Assembly: GCA_964387935.1 (NCBI GenBank)
Contig: CAYLZN010000004.1
Coordinates: 4,231-53,294 of the forward strand
Length of the DNA stretch: 49,064 nt
Source of the DNA: an uncultured Vicinamibacteraceae bacterium
GTDB taxonomy: Bacteria; Acidobacteriota; Vicinamibacteria; Vicinamibacterales; JAFNAJ01
Direction of reading: 5' to 3'
The notes beneath the pieces were generated by a model, which did not search any database, had not been told where the DNA came from, and worked only from the letters and a program-made list of their open reading frames with translations. The position numbers and the translations under genes are program-made. Each line of letters begins with the position of its first letter. Position 1 is the stretch's first letter. Below are positions 17,585 through 25,448 of this stretch, one piece after another.

Positions 17585-20248
17585 ATGGACCGGAGCCCGT
17601 CGATGAGGATGGTCGCCGTTGCGGTGCTGATGCTGACGGCAGGCGCCGCGCATCCCGGAGTGATCGAGGCGCAGGTGGCGCCGTGGCTGCCCGATGCCGG
17701 TGATGGCACGTACCGCAACCCGGTGATCTTCGCGGACTACTCGGATCCGGACGTCGTACGCGTCGGCCGCGACTACTACCTCGTGGCGTCGAGCTTCCAG
17801 CACGTGCCGGGCCTGCCGATCCTGCACTCGACGGACCTGGTCAACTGGACGATCATCGGCCACGCGGCCGCGCGCCTGCCCTCCCCCCGCTACGACACGC
17901 CACGCCCCGGCATGGGTCTCTGGGCCCCGAGCATCCGCCATCACGAGGGACGCTTCTGGATCTTCGTCGGAGATCCCGATCTGGGCCTCTTCATGACGAC
18001 GGCCCGCGATCCACGCGGCCCGTGGGAGCCGCTCGTGCTCGTCCAGGAGGCGAGTGGGTGGATCGATCCGTGTCCGCTCTGGGACGACGCTGGCGAGATG
18101 TACCTCGTGCACGCGTGGGCGAAGAGCCGTGCGGGCTTCAACAGCGTGCTGAGCGTCCGTCGCCTCAGCCGTGACGGCAGGCGGGTGATCGGCGACGGCA
18201 CGACCGTGTTCGATGGTCGGGAGCGACACCCGACGATCGAGGGGCCGAAGTTCTACGAGCGGAACGGCTACTACTACATCTTCGCGCCCGCCGGCGGCGT
18301 GCGCACGGGGTGGCAGACCGTGCTGCGGGCAAGGCACGTGCTCGGCCCCTACGAGGACCGCATCGTGCTGGACCAGGGCTGGTCGTCGGTCAACGGGCCG
18401 CACCAGGGGGCCTGGATCGAGTCGCCGGCCGGCGAGTCGTGGTTCGTCCACTTCCAGGACCGGGGGGCCTACGGCCGCGTCGTGCACCTGCAGCCGATGA
18501 CGTGGAAGGACGACTGGCCGGTCATCGGGGCCGATCCCGACGGCGACGGCCGGGGCGAGCCCGTGGCCACGTTCCGCAAGCCGGCGCACGTGCCGGGCAC
18601 GCCTGCCGTCGCGCCGGCGACGGGCGACGAGTTCTCCGGGAGCGCCCTAGGCCTTCAGTGGCAGTGGCAGGCCAACCCGCAGGACCGGTGGTTCTCGCTC
18701 ACGCGGCGCCCCGGTGTCCTCCGGCTCAGGGCGATCCCCGAGCCCGAAGGAGCCGCACCGCTCTGGCGCGCAGGGCACCTCCTCCTGCAGAAGTTTCCTG
18801 CCGAGCGTTTCACGGCGTCGACCGCCCTCGAGCTTCACGCCACCGCGCCCGGTGCGCGAGCGGGACTCGTCGTGATGGGCCGGGACTACGCGGCGCTGTC
18901 GGTGGCCCGCACGGCGCGCGGATTCGACGTGAGCCTTGCCGTGGCGCGCGGTGCCGATGCCGACGGCCCCGAACGCATCGAGGCGCGCGAGGCGGTGCCC
19001 GGCGGCCGCGTGCAGCTCCGGGCGGCGGTCGGCGCCGGGGCGCGGGTGTCCTTTGCTTTCAGCACCAATGGAACGACGTTCACGCCGATCGGGGCGCCGT
19101 TCGAGGCGCGCCCTGGCGCATGGGTCGGCGCGAAGGTCGGCGTGTTCGCCGCGACCCGCACGGAGGGCGCGGCCGGTGAGGCGGATGTGGACTGGTTCCG
19201 CGTGGACGCCTCTTCCTCCGCGGACACGCCCATCCGCTGGTCGGAGGTGCTGGCACAGGACCCGGCATGGTATGGCGGCGCAGAGGCGATCCGGGTGGCG
19301 GACGCGGTGCTGCTGTACCAGCGGACCAGCGGCGGCTGGCCGAAGAACCTCGACATGGCCAGCCCCCTGCAGGACGTGGAGCGCCGGACCGTCCTGGCGG
19401 AGAAGGAGAAGTCGGACGCCACGATCGACAACGGCGCCACGTGGACCCAGCTACGGTTCCTGGCCAGGGTCTACGACGCGACGCGCCTCGACCGGTTTCG
19501 CGACGCGTTCGACGCGGGCCTCGATTTCCTGCTGCGGGCCCAGTATCCGAATGGAGGCTGGCCGCAGTTCTACCCGCTGCGCGAGGACTACTCGCGTCAC
19601 ATCACGTTCAACGACGGCGCCATGATGGGTGTGCTCGGGCTGCTGCGCGACGTCGACCGCGGCCGGGCGCCCTGCGCGTTCGTGGATCCGGCCCGGCGCG
19701 CGAAGATCGCCGACGCGCTGGCACGCGGCATTCGCGTGACGCTCGCCGCGCAGATCCGTGTCCGCGGCCAGCTCGCCGGCTGGGGTGCCCAGCACGATGC
19801 GGAGACGCTGGAGCCGAGGGGCGCGCGCACCTACGAGTTGCCGTCGCTGAGCGGACAGGAGACGGTCGGCATCGTCCGCTTCCTCATGTCGCTCGAGCGG
19901 CCCACGCCCGAGGTCGTCGGCGCCGTCGAGGGGGCGGTCTCGTGGCTGCGCGCCGTGCAGCTCAACGGACTTCGAGTCGAGCACCGGAAGGATCCGTCTG
20001 CTCCGCGGGGCTTCGACGTCGTGGTGGTCGAAGACCAGCACGCCCCACCGCTCTGGGCGAGGTTCTACGACCTCACGACCATGAGGCCGATCTTCGCCGG
20101 GCGGGATGGGGTCCCGAAGTCCCGGCTGGCCGACATCGAGTACGAACGGCGGACCGGTTACAGCTGGCTGGGCCCCTACGCGGCGGACCTGCTGGCCCGG
20201 GACTACCCCGCCTGGAGACAGACGATCGCTACCGCGGTCGCCCGTTGA
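17585..20248 (+). CDS. Bifunctional fusion: GH43 glycoside hydrolase (with C-terminal concanavalin-like beta-sandwich) + PL10 (Pel-15E/PelA-type) pectate lyase
   Basis: 887 aa with a signal peptide. The N-terminal region shows GH43 motifs: YRNPVIFADYSDPDVVRVG, GLWAPSIRHHEGRFWIF, TIEGPKFYERNGYYYIF. The middle is a beta-sandwich. The C-terminal ~330 aa show PL10 motifs: LLYQRTSGGWPKN, ATIDNGAT, LRAQYPNGGWPQFYP, ITFNDGAM, GWGAQHD. Confidence 0.8.
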   Translation: MDRSPSMRMVAVAVLMLTAGAAHPGVIEAQVAPWLPDAGDGTYRNPVIFADYSDPDVVRVGRDYYLVASSFQHVPGLPILHSTDLVNWTIIGHAAARLPSPRYDTPRPGMGLWAPSIRHHEGRFWIFVGDPDLGLFMTTARDPRGPWEPLVLVQEASGWIDPCPLWDDAGEMYLVHAWAKSRAGFNSVLSVRRLSRDGRRVIGDGTTVFDGRERHPTIEGPKFYERNGYYYIFAPAGGVRTGWQTVLRARHVLGPYEDRIVLDQGWSSVNGPHQGAWIESPAGESWFVHFQDRGAYGRVVHLQPMTWKDDWPVIGADPDGDGRGEPVATFRKPAHVPGTPAVAPATGDEFSGSALGLQWQWQANPQDRWFSLTRRPGVLRLRAIPEPEGAAPLWRAGHLLLQKFPAERFTASTALELHATAPGARAGLVVMGRDYAALSVARTARGFDVSLAVARGADADGPERIEAREAVPGGRVQLRAAVGAGARVSFAFSTNGTTFTPIGAPFEARPGAWVGAKVGVFAATRTEGAAGEADVDWFRVDASSSADTPIRWSEVLAQDPAWYGGAEAIRVADAVLLYQRTSGGWPKNLDMASPLQDVERRTVLAEKEKSDATIDNGATWTQLRFLARVYDATRLDRFRDAFDAGLDFLLRAQYPNGGWPQFYPLREDYSRHITFNDGAMMGVLGLLRDVDRGRAPCAFVDPARRAKIADALARGIRVTLAAQIRVRGQLAGWGAQHDAETLEPRGARTYELPSLSGQETVGIVRFLMSLERPTPEVVGAVEGAVSWLRAVQLNGLRVEHRKDPSAPRGFDVVVVEDQHAPPLWARFYDLTTMRPIFAGRDGVPKSRLADIEYERRTGYSWLGPYAADLLARDYPAWRQTIATAVAR

Positions 20249-21623
20249 CGGTGACGTTGCTGAACGTCAGGCCCTCGACGGCCTCCAGGACGTCCGCCTT
20301 CGCGACGCCGTCGAAGCGGCAGTCCACGAGCCGCACGTCCCGGATGGGCGCGTGCGCGTAGCCTCGCAGCAGGAGCGCGTGCTGGCTCTTCCGGCTCGTC
20401 ACGTTCCGCACGTCGATGTCGCGGACCACCGGAGGAAAGCGCCCGGCATCGCCCTCCTCGTAGAAGAAATTGACGGTCACCACGGCTTCGGCCACCTCTC
20501 CCACCGTGACGTCCCGCATGAAGACGTGCTCGATGGTGCCGCCCCGCACGGAATTGGTCTTGATGCGCAGCGCGCGGTCGAGCCGAGGGCTGTCCATCCG
20601 GCAGCGCTCGGCGAAGATGTTCCGCGCGCCGCCCGAGATCTCGCTGCCGATCACGACGCCGCCGTGGCCGTCCTTCATCACGCAGTCGCGGATGACGACG
20701 TTCTCCACCGGCACGTTGACGCGCCGGCCGTCGTCGTTGCGCCCCGACTTGAGCGCGATGCAGTCGTCGCCGGTGTCGAACGTGCAGCGTTCGATGAGCA
20801 CGTCCCGGCACGACTCGGGATCGCAGCCGTCGTTGTTGGGGCCGTGGCTGCCGATGGTCACGCCGCGGACGATCACGTTCGTGCACAGGACCGGGTGGAT
20901 CTCCCACATCGGGGAGTTGACGATCGTGATGTCCTCGATCAGGACGTTCTGACAGCTGTAGGGCTGGATGAAGTTGGGGCGGAGGTCGTGCCCCGGGCCG
21001 AAGACGCGCCCGGCGACGGGCACGCCGCGGGCGCCCATCTCCATCAGGGCCGCCCTGGCCGTCTTCTGAGACGTCTTCCAGGGCCACCAGTGCGCGTCCG
21101 CGGCCTGGCCGTCCAGGGTGCCCCCGCCGGTGATGGCGATGTTCCGCTGGCCATGGGCATAGACGAACGGCGAGTAGTTCATCAGCTCCACCCCTTCCCA
21201 GCGGCTGAACACGACGGGGAGGTAGCTGGCGGGATCGCGACTGAAGGCGAGCGTGGCGCCGGCGGTCACGTGCAGGTTCACCCCGCTCCGCAGGTGAATG
21301 GCGCCGGTCACGAAGCGTCCGGAGGGAACGACCACGCGCCCGCCGCCCGCGGCCTCGCACGCGGCAATCGCCGCGCGAAACGCCACCGTGTTGAGCTTGA
21401 TGCCGTCCCCCACCGCACCGTAGGCGGTGACGTCGAAGTCCCGGGGCGCGAAGCGCGGAGGCGTCACCCGCGCGACGATCGCACCAACGGCGTCCCAGCC
21501 GGCGGCGTGCGCCGCACCTGGCGCCTGGAAGACCGGCGAGAAGCCGGGCACGACCATCGACAGGCTGGCCAGCCCTCCGACCTCGAGGAACTCGCGTCGT
21601 GAACACCGAGAGGGCATGGCCAT
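20229..21623 (-). CDS. GH28 polygalacturonase / exo-poly-alpha-galacturonosidase with a TAT signal
   Basis: 464 aa. The twin-arginine signal is SRREFLEVGG. Parallel beta-helix motifs are present: NSPMWEIHP, GPNNDGCDPESC, TGDDCIALKSG, DGHGGVVIGSE, RIKTN. The 3' end overlaps the convergent GH43-PL10 gene by 20 nt. Confidence 0.9.
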   Translation of the reverse strand: MAMPSRCSRREFLEVGGLASLSMVVPGFSPVFQAPGAAHAAGWDAVGAIVARVTPPRFAPRDFDVTAYGAVGDGIKLNTVAFRAAIAACEAAGGGRVVVPSGRFVTGAIHLRSGVNLHVTAGATLAFSRDPASYLPVVFSRWEGVELMNYSPFVYAHGQRNIAITGGGTLDGQAADAHWWPWKTSQKTARAALMEMGARGVPVAGRVFGPGHDLRPNFIQPYSCQNVLIEDITIVNSPMWEIHPVLCTNVIVRGVTIGSHGPNNDGCDPESCRDVLIERCTFDTGDDCIALKSGRNDDGRRVNVPVENVVIRDCVMKDGHGGVVIGSEISGGARNIFAERCRMDSPRLDRALRIKTNSVRGGTIEHVFMRDVTVGEVAEAVVTVNFFYEEGDAGRFPPVVRDIDVRNVTSRKSQHALLLRGYAHAPIRDVRLVDCRFDGVAKADVLEAVEGLTFSNVTVNGRPR

Positions 21624-22975
21624 CAGAGTCGCACCAGATCAGCGATGCGCACGGGTCGTGATTCGAGGACGCTCTTGCGCGCCGCGATGCCGGTGAGGCA
21701 GGACAGGGCGCCCGCGCGTGAGTCGGGCAGGCGCATGTGCTCGGGCACCGGCGTGCCGCGGAAGATCACGTCACGCAGCACGTTGTCGCCGCCGCCGTGG
21801 CCCCCTTCGCCCTGGGTGACGGGCACGATCTCCCGCGTGCCGAAGTTGCGCGTCAGTTCGATCTCCGTCTCGACGGGCGGCTCCCAGGGCTGGCGCTCGT
21901 AGTCCCTGACCTCGAGTCGCCCTCGCTCTCCGTTGAAGGCGACGCGGTACCCCTCGAACGGCATGAAGGCGTTCAGGGAGTAGGCCATCTGGACGCCGTT
22001 CGAGTACCGGACGAGGGCCGTCATCGTATCGAAGATGTCCACGTCTTCACGGAAGACGCAGCCGTCCCGGTGATAGCCATCGACGGCCTCACAGTCGGCA
22101 TACAGCGCCATGAGCCGCTTGTCCCTCGTCAGGTCCCAGTGGAACTCGCAGCGGTCCTTCATCGGACACGGGCGACAGTGCGTGTGACGGAAGGGACCGT
22201 TGCGGCCGTAGCGGCGCAGGTCGCCGTGCGCCACGACCTCGACGGGATCGGCCCCGAGCCACCAGTTCATGAGGTCGAAGTGATGCGTGGCCTTGTGCAC
22301 GAACAGGCTGCCGCCTTTCGACCGCAGGCGATGCCAGCGTCGGAAATAGTCGGCGCCGTGACGCACGTCCAGGAACCAGGCGAAGTCCACCGACGTGACT
22401 CGCCCGATGGCGCCGTCGAGCAGGATCTCCTTGACGGTGCGATGCTTGGGCGCGTACCGGTAGTTGAACGTCACGACGATGCGTCGGTTCGCGCGCCGCT
22501 CGGCGTCGAGCACGGCCTGGCACTGCGTCTCGTCGATCACCATCGGCTTTTCGGTGATCACGTCGAGGCCGCGCTCGAGTCCCTTGACGATGAAGTCGGC
22601 GTGCGTCGCGTCCACCGTGGTGACCATGAGCAGGTCCGGGCGCGCCCGATCGCACAACTCGTCGAAGCTCGTGAAGACCGGACACTCCACGCCAATCAGC
22701 CGCCGCGCCGCCTCGGCGCGGCAGGGATTGATGTCCGCAAGGCCCACGAACTCGAGCACATCGGCATAGCCGGCCGCGAGGTCGCGCCCCCACATGCCGG
22801 ATCCCCGGTGCCCTGTCCCCACCATCGCGTACCGACGTCGACCGCCCGTCCCGGGTCTCGACGCCGTCTGAGCCGCCTCGGCGCCCCACGGCACGCCGAA
22901 TGACGGACTCATGGCCGCGGCACCAGCCAGCTTCACGAACGAACGCCGAGTGCAGGCCTGCTGACCGAGTTCCAT
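21623..22975 (-). CDS. Gfo/Idh/MocA-family NAD(P)-dependent oxidoreductase with a TAT signal (periplasmic)
   Basis: The start was chosen at ATG 22973-22975 (MELGQQACTRRSFVKLAGAAAMS twin-arginine signal). The Rossmann motif is YAMVGTGHRG, followed by EKPM and the typical C-terminal alpha/beta domain. The stop overlaps the GH28 start by 1 nt (TGATG). Confidence 0.8.
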   Translation of the reverse strand: MELGQQACTRRSFVKLAGAAAMSPSFGVPWGAEAAQTASRPGTGGRRRYAMVGTGHRGSGMWGRDLAAGYADVLEFVGLADINPCRAEAARRLIGVECPVFTSFDELCDRARPDLLMVTTVDATHADFIVKGLERGLDVITEKPMVIDETQCQAVLDAERRANRRIVVTFNYRYAPKHRTVKEILLDGAIGRVTSVDFAWFLDVRHGADYFRRWHRLRSKGGSLFVHKATHHFDLMNWWLGADPVEVVAHGDLRRYGRNGPFRHTHCRPCPMKDRCEFHWDLTRDKRLMALYADCEAVDGYHRDGCVFREDVDIFDTMTALVRYSNGVQMAYSLNAFMPFEGYRVAFNGERGRLEVRDYERQPWEPPVETEIELTRNFGTREIVPVTQGEGGHGGGDNVLRDVIFRGTPVPEHMRLPDSRAGALSCLTGIAARKSVLESRPVRIADLVRL

Positions 22976-22986
22976 GACGACCCTCC

Positions 22987-23009
22987 GGGACCGCGCGTCG
23001 TGCGGTCCC
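22987..23009 (-). terminator. Intercistronic stem-loop between exuT and the oxidoreductase gene (attenuator, processing or stabiliser hairpin)
   Basis: GGGACCGC (22987-22994) pairs with GCGGTCCC (23002-23009): a perfect 8-bp stem with a 7-nt loop. It lies 29 nt after the exuT stop and directly upstream of a GGAGGG Shine-Dalgarno sequence. There is no U-tract. Confidence 0.4.
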
Positions 23010-23037
23010 CCGTTTGCGTCCAGGCGTTGCGGCGCGC

Positions 23038-24381
23038 TCACGCGCCGGCGCGGGACGACCCGGCCCCGACCGGCGCCGAGAGCGTCACGGGCCCGAGGCG
23101 CGGGACGAGCAGGTGCACGATGGTCAGCGCCACGAGGTACGCCGACCCGGCAATGACGAAGACCACGAGGTAGCTGCCCGTCGCCTGGAGCAGGTATCCG
23201 GTGATCTTGGCAATCAGCATGCCGCCGATGGCGCCAGCCATCCCGCCAATGCCCACGACGGATCCCACCGCCCAGCGCGGGAAGGCGTCCGACACCAGCG
23301 TGAACACGTTGGCCGACCAGCCCTGGTGCGCGGCCGCTGCCAGCGAGACGATCGCCACGGCGGTCCACAGGTTGGTCACGCGCGCGGCGAACATGATCGG
23401 CACGACCGCGAGCGCGCACGCCAGCATGGCCGTCTTGCGGGCGGCATTCACGTTCCACCCGCGCTTGAGCAGCGACGAGGACAGCCAGCCCCCGCCGATG
23501 CTGCCGACGTCGGCGACGAGGTAGATCGTGACGAGCGGGGGGCCGATGTGCTGCAGATCGATTTGGTGATTACGGTTGAGGAAATCCGGCACCCAGAACA
23601 GATACAGCCACCAGATCGGATCGGTCATGAACTTCGCGATCGCAAACGCCCAGGTCTGGCGGTGTCGCAGCAGTTCGAGCCACGAGACCTTGACCGGCGG
23701 GTCCTCTGGATCGCTCTTGATGTAGGCGAGTTCGGCCGGTGAGACGCGCGGACTGTGCTCGGGCGCGTGGTAGAGCGGCAACCAGAACAGCAGCCACAGG
23801 AACCCGATCGCGCCGGTGACGAGGAAGGCCTCCTGCCAGCCGTACGTAATCGTCAGCCAGGGCACGACCAGGGGAGCCAGAATCGCGCCGACATTGGAGC
23901 CCGAGTTGAAGATCCCGGTCGCGAGCGCGCGTTCCTTGCGCGGGAACCACTCGGCGACGCTCTTGATGGCCGCCGGGAAATTGCCCGCCTCGCCGAGGCC
24001 GAGCGCGAAGCGGGCGGCCGCGAAGCTCCCGACGGATCGCGCGCCCGCGTGGGCAAGCGCGGCGAAGCTCCACACCACGAGGGCGGCCGCGTAGCCGATC
24101 TTCGTGCCCAGGCGATCGATGAGCCAGCCGGCCAGCACGAGACCGATGGCGTACGCCAGCTGGAAGGCGAACACGATGTTGCTGTAGTCGATCTCGGACC
24201 AGCCCAGCTCGTGCTGGAGCGTGGGCTTGAGGATCCCGATGACCTGCCGGTCGATGTAGTTGACCGTGGTCGCAAAGAAGATCAGGGCGCACACCACCCA
24301 TCGATAGTGCCCGCCCGGAGCCGAGGCGGGAGTCGACGGTGCAGGCGCGGCGGGCGGAGTCGGCGGAATGGTGTGTGCCAT
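23038..24381 (-). CDS. exuT: MFS hexuronate transporter
   Basis: 447 aa, 12 TM segments. VNYIDRQVIGILKP, GLGEAGNFPAAIKSVAEWFPRKERA and AIAKFMTDPIWWLYLFWVPDFL match the ExuT/ACS subfamily of MFS transporters. Confidence 0.85.
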   Translation of the reverse strand: MAHTIPPTPPAAPAPSTPASAPGGHYRWVVCALIFFATTVNYIDRQVIGILKPTLQHELGWSEIDYSNIVFAFQLAYAIGLVLAGWLIDRLGTKIGYAAALVVWSFAALAHAGARSVGSFAAARFALGLGEAGNFPAAIKSVAEWFPRKERALATGIFNSGSNVGAILAPLVVPWLTITYGWQEAFLVTGAIGFLWLLFWLPLYHAPEHSPRVSPAELAYIKSDPEDPPVKVSWLELLRHRQTWAFAIAKFMTDPIWWLYLFWVPDFLNRNHQIDLQHIGPPLVTIYLVADVGSIGGGWLSSSLLKRGWNVNAARKTAMLACALAVVPIMFAARVTNLWTAVAIVSLAAAAHQGWSANVFTLVSDAFPRWAVGSVVGIGGMAGAIGGMLIAKITGYLLQATGSYLVVFVIAGSAYLVALTIVHLLVPRLGPVTLSAPVGAGSSRAGA

Positions 24382-24382
24382 A

Positions 24383-24436
24383 GAGGTCTAGCCACTTGAC
24401 GTGAAGACGAATACCACCCGCCCCTCCACATGTCAA
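24383..24436 (-). promoter_or_regulatory. Candidate exuT promoter plus a FadR-like operator in the short leader
   Basis: On the minus strand: TTGACA (plus 24431-24436), a 17-nt spacer, then TATTCG (plus 24408-24413). The motif GAGGTCTAGCCACTTGAC (24383-24400) sits between the -10 and the ATG (24381). Confidence 0.4.
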
Positions 24437-24503
24437 GCCACGGCCGGTCTCTAGAACGGATGAGGGTCCAAGAGACGTCATTTCGATCCTGCCAGAGACT
24501 CGA

Positions 24504-24549
24504 GTGGACAAGCCACTTGACGAGGCCTGGAGCTGAAACGGCGTATACT
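24504..24549 (+). promoter_or_regulatory. FadR-like operator and TATACT -10 upstream of the GntR-family regulator gene
   Basis: GTGGACAAGCCACTTGAC (24504-24521) contains the inverted repeat GTGG-N5-CCAC. TATACT lies at 24544-24549, 19 nt before the ATG at 24569. Confidence 0.35.
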
Positions 24550-24568
24550 GGGCCCGGAGCCGGCTGCC

Positions 24569-25387
24569 ATGGCAAAACCAGCCACACCACGCACCGACAG
24601 CACTGAACTCGTCATCAACCACGTCCGCACCCTCATCGCCCGGGGCGAGCTCCGCCCCGGTGACCGTCTGCCGGCCGAACGCGACCTGGCCGCCCAGCTC
24701 TCCGTCAGTCGCCCCACCGTGCGCGCGGGCCTCCGAGGCCTCGCCGCCATGGGCGTGATCGAGTCCCGCCACGGCTCGGGCACCTACATTCCTGACGGGC
24801 CGCCACGGCTCGGCAGCGAGCCCCTGAGTTTCCTGGCCGCCCTTCACGGCTTCACCCGCGAGGAGATGTACGAGGCTCGCCGCATGCTGGAGGTGAGCGC
24901 GGCCGGCCTGGCCGCGGAGCGGGCGACCGCCGAACACCTCGCCGCGATCGCCGAAGAGGTCGCCAGTCTCTTCGCCACGATGGACGACCCGCAGCAGTTC
25001 CTGGTCCACGACATCAAGTTCCATCGCGCGGTCGCCGCGGCGTCCGGCAACCCGATCGTGGCCTCGCTCGTGGAGATGGTCTCGGCCCTCTACTACGGGC
25101 GTCGGCGCGAGACCGCGGCGCTCGCGACCGATCGCAATCTCCGGGATGCCGCCGAGATGCACCGGCGTATCTACCAGGCCGTTCGCGCGCACGACACCGA
25201 CGCCGCGCGGGCGCTCATGAACGAGCACCTCGTCCACTCGGCCGCGTTCCAGGAGCAGGAGGAGAAGCACGCGGACGAGGCGAGTCCCGTCTCCCGTCGT
25301 GACCTCGCTCACCCGCAGACGCTCGGCCCCGGGGATCGGTCCACGAGGACCACCGATCCGCCCGACACCGCGCCGGCGCGCACCTGA
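24569..25387 (+). CDS. GntR-family transcriptional regulator, FadR subfamily (FCD ligand domain)
   Basis: 272 aa. The winged-HTH region is LPAERDLAAQLSVSRPTVRAGLRGLAAMGVIESRHGSGTYI. It is followed by an all-helical FCD-type domain (..FHRAVAAASGNP..). The gene is divergent from exuT. Confidence 0.85.
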   Translation: MAKPATPRTDSTELVINHVRTLIARGELRPGDRLPAERDLAAQLSVSRPTVRAGLRGLAAMGVIESRHGSGTYIPDGPPRLGSEPLSFLAALHGFTREEMYEARRMLEVSAAGLAAERATAEHLAAIAEEVASLFATMDDPQQFLVHDIKFHRAVAAASGNPIVASLVEMVSALYYGRRRETAALATDRNLRDAAEMHRRIYQAVRAHDTDAARALMNEHLVHSAAFQEQEEKHADEASPVSRRDLAHPQTLGPGDRSTRTTDPPDTAPART

Positions 25388-25448
25388 CCCGGTGCCCTCT
25401 CGCTGGACAAGACCGGCGAGGTTGGGTACTAGTGTCTCCTCAGCGCGC

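Noticed and set aside
24517-24549. TTGACG (24517-24522) plus TATACT (24544-24549) as a complete sigma70-type promoter for the GntR gene.
   Set aside because: The spacer is 21 nt, well outside the 16-19 nt range. I kept only the -10 box and the operator motif as candidates.
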